From: a virus
Lineage: Duplodnaviria > Caudoviricetes
Reading direction: 5' to 3' (one strand)
DNA: 64,000 nucleotides
Virus record (IMG/VR): IMGVR_UViG_2974692648_000001
Span: 128,001-192,000 of that record
The notes under the pieces are model-generated. The model searched no databases and was not told where the DNA came from. It was given only the letters and a program-made list of their open reading frames with translations. A program made the translations under genes and the position numbers. Below, piece after piece: positions 9,607-19,941 of this stretch (its first letter is position 1; every line of letters starts with the position of its first letter).

Positions 9607-10242
9607 TTAACTCTGAAGATTACGGAGTTGTTCTTCTAACACTGCGATGTATTTACGGTCAGCAATTTGTTCCGCCTCTAATTGCTTAACACGGATAGCA
9701 TCAGAGGGGTTCTTAGTGATAGCCGCTCGTCGAGTGTTTTCAAATACTTCGTTTTGTTCTTTAGAAACGTAAGTCTTAGTAGGGACGGTTCCTAAATGCA
9801 CTTCAGGGTCCTCAATACCCGTAATAGACGAAGTTTGATCTTTCAAGTAAGTCTGGAAAGTTTTTAACTCATCTTTTAAGGTAGGAGGTACAGCACCCAG
9901 ATCCACAATAAAACAGAGTCGCTCATAAATGACACCGTCAATCAGAGGGAAAGATTTAAAGTAGATGGAAGGGATGTGTAGGGTTGGGAGCCCAGGAGCG
10001 ATCAACGTCACAACAGCGCCGTCAGCTTGATCCAGTTGATCCATTAATGAAGCGGATTCTTCCGAAGTCATTCCTACGGGTTCACCTACTAATAAGTGGG
10101 TGTTAACCTTGGCAATGTTCAATTCATCTACGGTACGAATTGCTTCAACCGTATACATGTATTTGGGATCACATATTTGATCAAAAGGTGCTAAAGCAAC
10201 GAACGACCCACTGGCTCCAATTTGTGGGATGACGTTATTCAT
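9607..10242 (-). CDS. conserved phiKZ-like hypothetical/virion protein
   Basis: ORF 211 aa, coupled to the upstream gene; position in the core block. Confidence 0.7.
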   Translation of the reverse strand: MNNVIPQIGASGSFVALAPFDQICDPKYMYTVEAIRTVDELNIAKVNTHLLVGEPVGMTSEESASLMDQLDQADGAVVTLIAPGLPTLHIPSIYFKSFPLIDGVIYERLCFIVDLGAVPPTLKDELKTFQTYLKDQTSSITGIEDPEVHLGTVPTKTYVSKEQNEVFENTRRAAITKNPSDAIRVKQLEAEQIADRKYIAVLEEQLRNLQS

Positions 10243-11563
10243 TAATTACCCCGTCTTGTTTCATTTGCCACATGGTAGGACACAGGTAGTTGACTTTGTC
10301 AATGCGCTTAGTAACATATAGTAAACCATGACGTTCCAAGCGTTTAATCCCCGCTGGAGGAATGCCGTCAGGACGTACTACTTCAGCCGCAGACAAAAGA
10401 GATTCCATCTGTTTTACGAAGTGGTAGGTGTCTGGTTCAACACGACCGTTGTCCACGTCAATCGTACTTAAGATCTGATAATCTGGAACGACTTGTTTGA
10501 TCTTAATTTTCTCACCGTAGTTGTTTGGCTTAGCCACAAACGCCACTAAAGTGTTATTATACATGAACGGTACAGTTTGCAAGGATTTTATGAGGTCCTC
10601 GTTATTAACAGAAGGACAATACTTGGTGGGTAAGGCGAGTAAGGTTTCGTAATCACCGATAGGGGAGTACGTCGACGCTCTCTTAGTCTCGTTCGTGACA
10701 CCGACAGTGTTCCAATAAGGAACACAAGTAAACTCTAGTGGATTGAACAAATCAGGTAGGTGAGGTTCCCAAGTTGTTTCGCCGCTATCCGAGTTCGCTA
10801 GGATAGTGTCTTTAATGACTTCGTATATCTGTTCATCAGCGTCAGTGGCATTGCCATAAATGATGACAGTGAAGAATAGAGGAACGGTAACACCATTCGT
10901 GGTGTCCAGGAATTCAAACTTCACTGGCTTTCGTGCAGTGTACGGGTATTTCTGATCTGCGGTCAGTTCGTTAACGCGTCCCTGAATGCGATCGGCAGTT
11001 TCTTGTTGTAAACGCTCTTCTATTTCTAGATGATTGTGTACCAATAAGAAATCCATTTCTTCAGGAGGTAGAGGTAGCGCTACCAGGACCTCACGGTATG
11101 GGTAGCCGGATTCAAAGTGACCGGTTGCGTACCATACTCGAGCTGTTACCGGATCCGTAGTAGGGAAAGTCATCTCTACAAAAGACGGTAGGTAAATAAC
11201 GCTATTCGTTACCATTTCACCGACGCTAACAATTTCAATATCTTTTGTGAACGTGGCTCGGAGCTGTTGCAGGCACTCTTGGGCGTTTTGGCTCAAGTTG
11301 CCTTTCTTACCTTGGTCTAATAACCACGCGGTAATTTCGTTTTGACGATCAATCAGGTCGGGGTCTAGATAGACTTCTTCGCCTAATTGATTTTTGGAAT
11401 AGAAGTTGACCAAACTAGTGGTCCCGTCTTTACTTGGGTAAAAGTTTGGGTCCTTACTAAAGGTCATTTCCTGAGAGGTGAGTTCACCAATCGGGGACGT
11501 CACCAAAGGGTGTCGATCATGGAGTTCCGGAATACTTCCGAACGATAAGAAATTAACAGGCAT
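10235..11563 (-). CDS. putative virion structural protein (phiKZ gp157-like)
   Basis: 442 aa; SPIGELT and PDLFNPLEF motifs; synteny next to the RNase H/UvsX block (recalled). Confidence 0.6.
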   Translation of the reverse strand: MPVNFLSFGSIPELHDRHPLVTSPIGELTSQEMTFSKDPNFYPSKDGTTSLVNFYSKNQLGEEVYLDPDLIDRQNEITAWLLDQGKKGNLSQNAQECLQQLRATFTKDIEIVSVGEMVTNSVIYLPSFVEMTFPTTDPVTARVWYATGHFESGYPYREVLVALPLPPEEMDFLLVHNHLEIEERLQQETADRIQGRVNELTADQKYPYTARKPVKFEFLDTTNGVTVPLFFTVIIYGNATDADEQIYEVIKDTILANSDSGETTWEPHLPDLFNPLEFTCVPYWNTVGVTNETKRASTYSPIGDYETLLALPTKYCPSVNNEDLIKSLQTVPFMYNNTLVAFVAKPNNYGEKIKIKQVVPDYQILSTIDVDNGRVEPDTYHFVKQMESLLSAAEVVRPDGIPPAGIKRLERHGLLYVTKRIDKVNYLCPTMWQMKQDGVINE

Positions 11564-11594
11564 AATAGTTTCCCACTAATAAAAACAATAAGGT

Positions 11595-12035
11595 GTGTTA
11601 GCGATGCAGATAGTTCTACAAGAACTGGCGGACCGTATCATAGAATCTGTGGTCCCGAAGGTTCAAGGAGAGACATACGGAGAAAAGATAAGGGTAGTTC
11701 TAAGGTGGACAATCTTCTACGCAACCATCGTGACGTGGCTGCTGTTTGGCTTAGGCATTCAGTATACTCACACGTTGTTGAAGAAGCAAGAATGGAAGGA
11801 AACCAGTGCGGTTATCCAACAAATCTTTGCAGTGGAGGACAACCCGTTAAAGTCATTCGTGACCATTAACCGGGGTTTGACCGCTCGATTAGAAACTATC
11901 CAAGACGAACACATCACAATTTTAAAAGAACGTGCAGTATTGGCTAGAGATAATGAAAGGTTAACTCGTGAAAATATTCAGCTTAAACGTTTGATCGATT
12001 CGAAACAGTGTTCTATTCAGAATGAAAATAAATAA
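11595..12035 (+). CDS. single-TM protein with C-terminal coiled coil
   Basis: Hydrophobic WTIFYATIVTWLLFGLGI followed by heptad repeats. Confidence 0.7.
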   Translation: MLAMQIVLQELADRIIESVVPKVQGETYGEKIRVVLRWTIFYATIVTWLLFGLGIQYTHTLLKKQEWKETSAVIQQIFAVEDNPLKSFVTINRGLTARLETIQDEHITILKERAVLARDNERLTRENIQLKRLIDSKQCSIQNENK

Positions 12036-12039
12036 GACC

Positions 12040-12073
12040 ATACTAGCCTGTTCCTTAGGGGACAGGTTAGTAT
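12040..12073. terminator. stem-loop
   Basis: ATACTAGCCTGTTCC...GGGACAGGTTAGTAT inverted repeat. Confidence 0.6.
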
Positions 12074-12127
12074 ATTTCCACACAGGTGCAGATTTATAGG
12101 TTATCAATATAAACTAGTGGTATCAGA

Positions 12128-13660
12128 ATGACAACACTTAAAAAGAACATGGTGGTATATATCGGAGCTGGAACCACCACCTTCAAAAAGACGCGTCGTA
12201 CACCGGAACGTAAACAGTTCTATACGGCGTTGCACGGGTATACGTATAACCCGGAAGTCGAAGGTAAGAAGCAGCTCAAGAAAAACGTCCCAGCGACCAT
12301 GGGTTATTGGACGAGCTCTACCACTTCATCAGGGATTGTTGTTAACCAACAAGATATCATCGCTGGTTACTCTTCTTCAAGGGACGACGAATGCGAAGCC
12401 TGGGTGAGTTTATTAGAACAACTTCAAAATTACATTAGCTCCATCACTAAGGAAGTTGTAATTGAGAAGAAAGAGGAAGTGGAATACGATGTAGAGTGGA
12501 CACGAATTTTGTTCATTCCAGATTCACCTTTCTTTTATCGTGTTATGGAGATGACTGAAGGTCGTAAAGGCAAGTGTGATGATGTTCTCTTCAAACGTAT
12601 CAAGGTGGTTCAGGATTTCTTCAAACCTTACATGCCGGTTACTAAAAATGTAGACGTTAAAGTTGCATTCGTAAAGGGTGGTTTGGGGGCAAAGCGTCTA
12701 GGTGAAGAAATGGGGCTGGCGGATGTCATGACCTTATGGGGTGACCACCCAGAATGTTACGTCACTGCAACTCCTCTGAAAGAGTACGAAAACCCAGAAA
12801 CTGGTCTACCTAAAATCATCAGTGGTAACCGTTGGTATTTCCGTACCGGTAAAGGTACCGACTATTGGGATGAGATTGAGGGTTATCGTCGTTACCAGTT
12901 CGGTAAGGTGGAGAAAGGCAAACATTACTATGGCAAATTAACACCTGACGTGACCTACAGTGCTTTGTTTGTAAAAGAACCTATCCCATACTTCGATAAG
13001 TTGTTTAACTTCACTGAGGAACGTACAGACAACCCTCGTGAGTTAATGTGTACTGGTAACATGCAGTGCGTAACCAGTAAAGGGGTGGCTCGTCTCATCG
13101 ACAGTTATCCGGGGGTGAGAAAAGGTAAAGACTTAGTAGTGCCTTTTGTAGTGGGGACTAAGGAGGATCCAACCTTAGTTGAACTGATCGACCCACCAGG
13201 ACTGTCTTTCATGATTGTCGAGTCCATGGACCGTATTGACCTAACGTTCCGTTGCTGGAAGAACCGGGATGAGAACAATCGCTACGGGGAGTATCAGGAG
13301 TACTTCGACATTACTGACAAGTTCTTCGTTAAAGAGGCGAACAAAAAAGGTGACATTAAGTTAAAGTTGAATCCAGCCTTTAAACCTAGTGAAGCCATCA
13401 TTCGCCACACAGCACAACACCCTAAAGCGGTATGTCCTGTTCCTATCATGTTAAGCATTGGGTATGATGTTCCAGAACGAAACTGTTTTAACTCGATTAC
13501 GGACCCGGAAGTTAAAGTGTGGTTAAACTTGGATTACAGCAACGACCGTTGTTTGATCTATCGTACTATCATTGAAACTTCTGATTGGATTTACGTCTTT
13601 ACTTCGGCGTCGGCAAACGTTCGTGTATTGAATAAGAAAGAATTGGGTGAAAGTAAATAA
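12128..13660 (+). CDS. RNase H-like protein (phiKZ gp155 position), divergent active site
   Basis: 510 aa; HGYTY, RWYF and YYGK...D..YS motifs recalled from this family; synteny before UvsX. Confidence 0.55.
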   Translation: MTTLKKNMVVYIGAGTTTFKKTRRTPERKQFYTALHGYTYNPEVEGKKQLKKNVPATMGYWTSSTTSSGIVVNQQDIIAGYSSSRDDECEAWVSLLEQLQNYISSITKEVVIEKKEEVEYDVEWTRILFIPDSPFFYRVMEMTEGRKGKCDDVLFKRIKVVQDFFKPYMPVTKNVDVKVAFVKGGLGAKRLGEEMGLADVMTLWGDHPECYVTATPLKEYENPETGLPKIISGNRWYFRTGKGTDYWDEIEGYRRYQFGKVEKGKHYYGKLTPDVTYSALFVKEPIPYFDKLFNFTEERTDNPRELMCTGNMQCVTSKGVARLIDSYPGVRKGKDLVVPFVVGTKEDPTLVELIDPPGLSFMIVESMDRIDLTFRCWKNRDENNRYGEYQEYFDITDKFFVKEANKKGDIKLKLNPAFKPSEAIIRHTAQHPKAVCPVPIMLSIGYDVPERNCFNSITDPEVKVWLNLDYSNDRCLIYRTIIETSDWIYVFTSASANVRVLNKKELGESK

Positions 13661-13664
13661 GACG

Positions 13665-13696
13665 GAGGTAGGGTTCCCCCTACCTCTTCTTTTTTG
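13665..13696 (+). terminator. intrinsic terminator
   Basis: GAGGTAGGG-ttcc-CCCTACCTC followed by a T tract. Confidence 0.8.
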
Positions 13697-13710
13697 TTTA
13701 TTGGTTATTT

Positions 13711-14520
13711 TTACCAAGACTCAACTGCATCACAATGTGCTTTAAGTACCGCAGACAATTCGTTTAACAGACCAACTACCGCTCCCGTTACGTTCATGTA
13801 ACGCTCGAATTCATCAAAGGTTTGTTTGAACTGATTGATCTCTCGTTCATCCAACACAATGTCGTTAGACAAAATTCGGTCTAATACCAGATCACCTAAC
13901 TCCGCATTGAGTTTAAGCTGGCGAGCGACGATTTCCACGTCTCGTGCTTTAACTAATTTAACACGTAGGTTAAAATCGTTAATCAAACCAAACATCTTAT
14001 CAAAAGAAGGGTATAAGTTTTCCAGTGGTTGAGTCATGGAACGTTTTGAGTCACCCAGTGTCTTGATGAATTTATCTAGATCATCAATCTGACGCGCTGT
14101 CCCAGAGATCGTATGACGGTAAGTGCCTCCCACCTTCCCCTTGGCTGCGATTTCTTTTAACCAGTCGTAGAAACGAGCTGAATCAGTTTTGAAACCATCT
14201 AATAAAGAAACACCTTGGGTGCACATCTTAACGTATGCGTCCCACGCCATCTTACGGTTATCGTAGTGCACAGGGATTGGTAGTTCACTTTCTGCTTTAG
14301 ATAGGTAGCTAAGTTTCTTTGCTTTACCTTGAGCTTTGCGATAATCGACCGTATGAATCGAAGAAGAAATGGCAGAAATCTTACGGTCTAGGTCCAAAGA
14401 CAAATTCTTTAGACGTAAACGGAATCCTTCAACAGGAGTTAAAAATTTAGGGATACCGAATGCTTCATTTCCGTCTACTCGCCCTTCCGATAGTAGACGT
14501 TCCAAGTAATAATTTTCCAT
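13711..14520 (-). CDS. putative virion (head) protein, phiKZ gp153-like
   Basis: Likely start MENYY; GNE|AF resembles a prohead-protease site; lies between RNase H and UvsX. Confidence 0.6.
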   Translation of the reverse strand: MENYYLERLLSEGRVDGNEAFGIPKFLTPVEGFRLRLKNLSLDLDRKISAISSSIHTVDYRKAQGKAKKLSYLSKAESELPIPVHYDNRKMAWDAYVKMCTQGVSLLDGFKTDSARFYDWLKEIAAKGKVGGTYRHTISGTARQIDDLDKFIKTLGDSKRSMTQPLENLYPSFDKMFGLINDFNLRVKLVKARDVEIVARQLKLNAELGDLVLDRILSNDIVLDEREINQFKQTFDEFERYMNVTGAVVGLLNELSAVLKAHCDAVESW

Positions 14521-14576
14521 GACTGTAATGCCTTTATATAGGTTAACTAACATAAAATTCAAAAACAGAGGTAAGT

Positions 14577-16010
14577 ATGTCCACCGCTTTTAATTTCATT
14601 AACAAAATCGAATCTTCAGAATCGATTCAGATTGGTCTAAACTTCTCTCCAATCTACGACATCAATAACGGACGCTTCTTTGTCGGTAAAGATGACTTAG
14701 CGTACTGTAACGGTGGCGTGACTCCAAACAACGCAATTGCGGGTGGCTCAAATACTCAGAAAACAGGTATGTTAATCTTGAGCTGTTTAAGCTTCCTACA
14801 ACGCATCCCGCAAGGCATTATCATTTACGGTGATACGGAGGCGACTCTGGACATCGGTCGCCTTTCAGAAGCCGTGGATGCACGCTTTGGTGAGCCGGGT
14901 TACTTTAACCGTGAAATCCTAGGTAAACGTTTCATCTATCTAAGTTCCAACGATGGTTACGACGGTACTCAACTGCACAACATCATCAAAGACGCGTACA
15001 AAGAATTCCAAGACTCTAAAACAGATAAAAGTCGTTATATTGAAACCCCGTTCTACGATAAGTCAGGTAAGTTGATTTCTATCTACACACCTATCATGGT
15101 TATCACCGATTCCCTAGGCGAGCTTCGATTCAATGAAGCGTCTGTCAAGTTCCAAGAAGGTGATGTGGATGAAGGCGGTAAGAAACGTACTCGTGATATG
15201 GAGTTTGGTAACTTAAAACGTATCGTGTTCGAAGATGCTCACCACTTAGGTGGAGTCGCCGGCCTTAAACTTTGGTGGGTAGGTCAAACTACCGACGTTA
15301 TCAACATGGATGGTAAGCCTCAAGAGAAACAATCAACCTTTATTCGTCAAGGTAAAAAGATTGCTAAGTGTCCTAAAGCTATCTTGCAACTTCCTGCACA
15401 AGGTTACGAAATCATTCGTGGTTCAGCACTTAAATCTGACCAGCAATGGATGTATCCTAACCCACTAGGTCGTGACGTCATCATTGACGCAGACGCCCGT
15501 GAAAACCCAGACTTGCTCTCTTACGCCTACACCATGTTCCGTAACAAAGGCGGGTCTTCTGGCATCAGTGGTACGTTCATTGGTTCTCAGTCAGACGGTA
15601 TTCAGGAAGGTCTGTCTATGTACCATGCTCTAAAGACAAATGGTTACTTTGGTCTAGACGGTTCTAAGATTTCTCACGAGTGTACATTCCTACCGGGAGT
15701 TAAGGTGGGACGCACTACGGTTCGTAGTGTTATTGCTAAGAACCATAAGTTCTACCGCGCCATTACATTGATGTATCACATCATGGTCATGCAACGCCAG
15801 TGGTTACGTCTACCGGACCATTACCGCATGACACCGGAAGAAATCTACAAAGCCATTAAAGAGAAAGGTTTTGATTGGGATGAGTTATTAGACTCAGTTG
15901 ACTTCTGGCACACAAACCCAGATATCGATAAACCAACTATTACGGCGATGCAAATCTTCCGCTTAGCCACTGGTGAATCAAAAGCCACTGGTCGTCCTGC
16001 CAAGAAATAA
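14577..16010 (+). CDS. uvsX: RecA/UvsX-like recombinase
   Basis: Walker A-like IAGGSNTQKT, YGDTE, Walker B MVITDS; 477 aa. Confidence 0.8.
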   Translation: MSTAFNFINKIESSESIQIGLNFSPIYDINNGRFFVGKDDLAYCNGGVTPNNAIAGGSNTQKTGMLILSCLSFLQRIPQGIIIYGDTEATLDIGRLSEAVDARFGEPGYFNREILGKRFIYLSSNDGYDGTQLHNIIKDAYKEFQDSKTDKSRYIETPFYDKSGKLISIYTPIMVITDSLGELRFNEASVKFQEGDVDEGGKKRTRDMEFGNLKRIVFEDAHHLGGVAGLKLWWVGQTTDVINMDGKPQEKQSTFIRQGKKIAKCPKAILQLPAQGYEIIRGSALKSDQQWMYPNPLGRDVIIDADARENPDLLSYAYTMFRNKGGSSGISGTFIGSQSDGIQEGLSMYHALKTNGYFGLDGSKISHECTFLPGVKVGRTTVRSVIAKNHKFYRAITLMYHIMVMQRQWLRLPDHYRMTPEEIYKAIKEKGFDWDELLDSVDFWHTNPDIDKPTITAMQIFRLATGESKATGRPAKK

Positions 16011-16023
16011 ACATTTAAATATT

Positions 16024-16054
16024 ATGGGGTGGTAATTCACCCCATCTTTTTTTA
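16024..16054 (+). terminator. intrinsic terminator
   Basis: ATGGGGTG...CACCCCAT followed by a T run. Confidence 0.75.
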
Positions 16055-16076
16055 CAGAATTCGGAGAATAATAACA

Positions 16077-16442
16077 ATGTCAGTCAACACTAAAAACATC
16101 CTGGTCATTTGTGACTCTGGTTTTGGTAACTTATGCGCCGAACCTCAGGATTATCTCAGTCGTCTCAAGGGAGTAGTTAGCGACCGCACTAACAACGACT
16201 TTCAGTTTCACACAGTAAGTGGTAAATACGGCATTGGAGAATTGGATCAAGACGTTAAAGTCTTGGACATCGAAGATCGTAATAAGACTTCATTTGTGCA
16301 AACTATCGAAAACCTGGTCGATCAAACCAGTGAACTTATCATTATTTCCGTTGTGGATCACGATGCCCACATCGAAGCTTTGGCTTCAGCATTGAGTGAA
16401 CGTTGTATCACTATCCGCCGCTACAAATACGAGAGGAAGTAA
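16077..16442 (+). CDS. hypothetical protein
   Basis: Start moved to ATG 16077 (GGAG RBS). Confidence 0.7.
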   Translation: MSVNTKNILVICDSGFGNLCAEPQDYLSRLKGVVSDRTNNDFQFHTVSGKYGIGELDQDVKVLDIEDRNKTSFVQTIENLVDQTSELIIISVVDHDAHIEALASALSERCITIRRYKYERK

Positions 16443-16443
16443 C

Positions 16444-17124
16444 ATGAAAAATCGTAACCGTAAGGCCGCCGAGCGTTACTGGCTTACATTGATGAAAGAA
16501 ATCACCGAGGGTGGTTACAACTATACTGTGTACAAAAACCTGTTTGACAAAATGGACGACGATCAGTTTGAAGAGTTCATGGTTCGTCTAGAAGCAGGTG
16601 GGATGTTATCTATTCATGTGGATAACATGAATCCAAAAGAATACCCAGTGTTTGACGTCATTACTAAGTTGAGTCGTGAACGTGGCTTAGAGCCAGAACA
16701 ACATCTTGTCTTTTATGATCAAGATACCGGACTCCGTTATGAAACACCTGAGACGTTCGTGGTTGGTACTGCTGAAACTCGTAAACAGCGTCAGATGTGG
16801 GTGAAGAAATTCGGTGCGGCTAAAGATGATTCTAAGATCGACGACTTAACCGGTCAAGTTTTTGGTGATTCTCGCGGCACAGGTATTTCTATTCCTGAGG
16901 TTCGTGTTCTTAAGACCTTAGGTTTAGATTTGACAGCGAAAGAACTCTACGGCGTTAAGGGTGGTGACTTAGGTGCACTGGACGAATACCGTAAAAGTAT
17001 TCAGGAAACAGGACACGCTACGGTGGAAGGGTCGCTTCGTCACGGCACTGGTGTGCGTTCTTTACAAACGGCTTCTATGTTGATGATGGGTCGTCACTTA
17101 GAAAACAACGTAGGAGAACGATAA
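16444..17124 (+). CDS. virion RNA polymerase beta C-terminal subunit (phiKZ gp149-like)
   Basis: RKQRQMWVKK...IDDLTGQV.G.SRG..IS.PE and KELYGVKGGD resemble RpoB region I (TQQPLGG...GEME...ELLTVKSDD); ATG 16444 with GAGG RBS. Confidence 0.8.
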   Translation: MKNRNRKAAERYWLTLMKEITEGGYNYTVYKNLFDKMDDDQFEEFMVRLEAGGMLSIHVDNMNPKEYPVFDVITKLSRERGLEPEQHLVFYDQDTGLRYETPETFVVGTAETRKQRQMWVKKFGAAKDDSKIDDLTGQVFGDSRGTGISIPEVRVLKTLGLDLTAKELYGVKGGDLGALDEYRKSIQETGHATVEGSLRHGTGVRSLQTASMLMMGRHLENNVGER

Positions 17125-17639
17125 TGGACAAATACCCACACATTGCGCATTGGTTGAATGTCTGGTCTCGGGAACTTGCTGTACTGAAATGGAGTTTGAC
17201 GAGTGATCAAGACCGTCATCATTCTATCTTCCATTTAAGCGCCTTTACCGCCACAGAACCTTTGATTACCTTTGAAGAAACCTTCATTAGTTTCAAGGAA
17301 CAAATGTTGGCTGGTAACGATTCATCCACTGTTGTTACTGAACTTATGGAATTGTCCTTCCGCGTTAACAGCAAGTTGAACTTCACCGAGTTGCTTAAAG
17401 AGACCAAAGAACTTTACAAGGGTTTGGAAAAGGAATTTGATGGTCTTGGGTTAGTCTGGTTAAAGGAAGAATCTCCTTTGGTTATCTTCTGTCTATTGCA
17501 CCGAATTTATGCCATCGAGATATCAGCTCGTGTTAAAACGTATGAACCAGGAAAGCACAATCCGATGTTGGGTCCTTACCAACCTGCTTTAGAAGAATTA
17601 CTGGGTCTTCATACTAATCCTCCTAAGGAGGAAAAATAA
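17124..17639 (+). CDS. hypothetical protein
   Basis: TAATG-coupled ORF, 171 aa. Confidence 0.7.
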   Translation: MDKYPHIAHWLNVWSRELAVLKWSLTSDQDRHHSIFHLSAFTATEPLITFEETFISFKEQMLAGNDSSTVVTELMELSFRVNSKLNFTELLKETKELYKGLEKEFDGLGLVWLKEESPLVIFCLLHRIYAIEISARVKTYEPGKHNPMLGPYQPALEELLGLHTNPPKEEK

Positions 17640-18364
17640 TGGCCTTTAAAGTTCTTACTGACATAGACAGTCTTTTAGATACCAGACAAGGTACGTTGGA
17701 TGTTTTACTGGAACCGGTTAAAGAAACCTTTGATACTGTTTACGCTGATCTGTATTATAAGCGGGTATTGGATAAGTTCGACCGTGAACCTTTTGGTGTC
17801 ACTATGGATAACTACCGAACTGCTTTTAAGGACCGGGGTATTCATACCATCGTGAAGTCGAGACCAACTCGACTACTAAGAAATCTTTTTAACGTATTGG
17901 TGGACGCTGAAGCTTTAACAGGCAAACCTATTCGAGTGGAAGCTATAGAAATCACTGTCCTTACTCAACCCTATGATTTATCAGACGAAATCTTAAATGA
18001 CCTTAAGAAAATACTTGAAGGTAACTTGGGGTATCGTTGTAAGATTGAATTTGACCGACGTGAGCCTTCAAAGGTAACAGGGAGTTTTGTTTCTAACTTC
18101 ACTCATGTATTCATGTACCATTTACTTGGTGAAGCTTACCCGGAGTTTTCTAAAACGTTCGATCAAAGACCAAGTCCTGATACCAAACTCTTTATCCCTG
18201 CGGTATTCATTAAGGAGCCGGAGGAGGTTGGGATTTCACCAACTACCCAAATTCAGCGTGTTGGTTTGTTGTGGTCGGTACTCTGGACAGTTGTTCCTTT
18301 ACCACTGAAGTTCTTTGACGCGGTCTCATTAGAAGAACAACAAAAGTTAGAGGCAAGACTATGA
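17639..18364 (+). CDS. conserved phiKZ-like protein (HAD-like DxD start)
   Basis: VLTDIDSLLDTRQGTL N-terminal motif. Confidence 0.65.
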   Translation: MAFKVLTDIDSLLDTRQGTLDVLLEPVKETFDTVYADLYYKRVLDKFDREPFGVTMDNYRTAFKDRGIHTIVKSRPTRLLRNLFNVLVDAEALTGKPIRVEAIEITVLTQPYDLSDEILNDLKKILEGNLGYRCKIEFDRREPSKVTGSFVSNFTHVFMYHLLGEAYPEFSKTFDQRPSPDTKLFIPAVFIKEPEEVGISPTTQIQRVGLLWSVLWTVVPLPLKFFDAVSLEEQQKLEARL

Positions 18365-18696
18365 CCGAACGCATTAAACCACCACCTTCCTTTGCACCTG
18401 CTTATTGCGCAATGTATCCGGAGTTGGTTACGATTGCCAGAGAACATGGTTGGGCTTTGACTGTCCTAGGTAGTATGAGTCGTGACTTTGATATGGTGTG
18501 TGTCCCTTGGACCGAAACACCACATGATCCCGAGTGTGTGGTTAACGGGTTTTGTGACACTTTCTCACTTGTCCAGATAGGTCAGCCGGACGTCTCACAC
18601 CATGGAAGATTGCGTTTCACTCTAAGCGTGGGTTGGGGAGAATGCTTCTTAGACCTTTCCTTTGTGCCACGATCAAGCGATGTTCATAGTGCGTAA
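18361..18696 (+). CDS. minimal nucleotidyltransferase-fold protein
   Basis: LTVLGSMSRDFDMV (GS..xDxD) plus a later LDLSF. Confidence 0.6.
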   Translation: MTERIKPPPSFAPAYCAMYPELVTIAREHGWALTVLGSMSRDFDMVCVPWTETPHDPECVVNGFCDTFSLVQIGQPDVSHHGRLRFTLSVGWGECFLDLSFVPRSSDVHSA

Positions 18697-18714
18697 TTTG
18701 GGAATGCAATTATA

Positions 18715-18750
18715 TACTCCTACTCCCTTAGGAGTAGGAGTACTTTTTTG
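18715..18750. terminator. terminator, CTACTCC family, between convergent genes
   Basis: TACTCCTACTCC-ctta-GGAGTAGGAGTA followed by a T run. Confidence 0.85.
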
Positions 18751-18764
18751 GTTTCTCTATTTTT

Positions 18765-19262
18765 TTATACAGGGTTGCCATCAAAATCGAGGTAAGCTTG
18801 ACCTTGTTCCAATTCATCCGGACGGATCTTAGGTTGGTCTTCTAACAACTGATCCATATCCGCATCCATGTTCACGATAAACGAACCTTCACCCCAAGTT
18901 GGGATATGAATGTTCATTTGGTTCATGGTACCCATAGCTTCAATCAATTGGTTAAAGCTTGCTCGGTTTTCTTCTTTATCTTTAGCGCGTTCCGATTCTT
19001 TGCGGTCATCACGAACGGATTTTTCAAGAGCACCGATTAATGAATTTAACGCATCTAACAACTTAGGATCGTTTGGTCGTTTTAGGTAAGCGGCAGTAGC
19101 GTTATCGAGAATAAGACCACGGTGTTTTTGTATGGCTTGGATTAAAGCTTTTTGAGACGGGTCTTCTTCGTCTTTTTGGTTGGCTTTAAAGAGGGCTTGC
19201 AGGACACTTCTTACGGTTTCTTCGGAGGCGTCTGCGTTATAGGGTTTGTATTCATCTGACAT
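18765..19262 (-). CDS. hypothetical protein
   Basis: ORF 165 aa. Confidence 0.7.
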   Translation of the reverse strand: MSDEYKPYNADASEETVRSVLQALFKANQKDEEDPSQKALIQAIQKHRGLILDNATAAYLKRPNDPKLLDALNSLIGALEKSVRDDRKESERAKDKEENRASFNQLIEAMGTMNQMNIHIPTWGEGSFIVNMDADMDQLLEDQPKIRPDELEQGQAYLDFDGNPV

Positions 19263-19291
19263 AAATATTTTTAAACCTATATTACTTAGGT
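19263..19291 (+). promoter_or_regulatory. early promoter
   Basis: AAATATTTTTAAACCTATATTACTTAGGT; 28/29 identical to 43537-43565. Confidence 0.8.
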
Positions 19292-19329
19292 AGATAGACT
19301 ACCTTATTAAAAAGAAAAGGAGAGTAATT

Positions 19330-19941
19330 ATGAAAATGTTTTTGCGGTGGTTAGGGTTCTTAACTAGAAAGAAAAAAGAACCTCACACACTAATTACCGC
19401 CCAGGAAGAAGTAGAGCGCATTAAGACTATGATGAAACCAAGTAGTCTGACACCTATCAATGAAGTATTGCTCACTCTATACAATTTCCATCAGGAGTCC
19501 CCGTTCCGTTTCGTAGAAGATTTTTATACGTTACGCGAGGAAAGTGTAAAGACACATTGTAATACTTCTCTGGGGCTCGCACAGTTACTTTCAGAGGCAT
19601 TCAATTACCCATTCCGAAGAGTCATGGCGCAATACGAAATTGACCTTTCCGGTAAAACTGAGCGCCCTGTTATGTCGTGGTACTCGAACATAGGTTCGAT
19701 CGAATTAATTAATCATGATATGATGGAGTGGTGTCAGTTAGGAATGCGTGCTCACTTTGAACGTTCTGGGGAAGGGGACCCTGGGAATTACGATCAACCT
19801 ATAACTCAAAACCAAAAGGACTTTGTATTCAGTAGTGTATTCGTTAAGGTCTTAAATGACTACGTCGAGTTAATGGACTTGACCTTACGCACTCAACCGA
19901 GAGGTACGGACCTTGAGCAAACCAACCAACCACAAAGATAA
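19330..19941 (+). CDS. hypothetical protein
   Basis: AGGAG RBS, 203 aa. Confidence 0.75.
   Translation: MKMFLRWLGFLTRKKKEPHTLITAQEEVERIKTMMKPSSLTPINEVLLTLYNFHQESPFRFVEDFYTLREESVKTHCNTSLGLAQLLSEAFNYPFRRVMAQYEIDLSGKTERPVMSWYSNIGSIELINHDMMEWCQLGMRAHFERSGEGDPGNYDQPITQNQKDFVFSSVFVKVLNDYVELMDLTLRTQPRGTDLEQTNQPQR

Noticed and set aside
11595-12035. Spanin or holin call for the TM plus coiled-coil protein
   Set aside because: No overlapping or adjacent lipoprotein gene and far from the endolysin; left as hypothetical.
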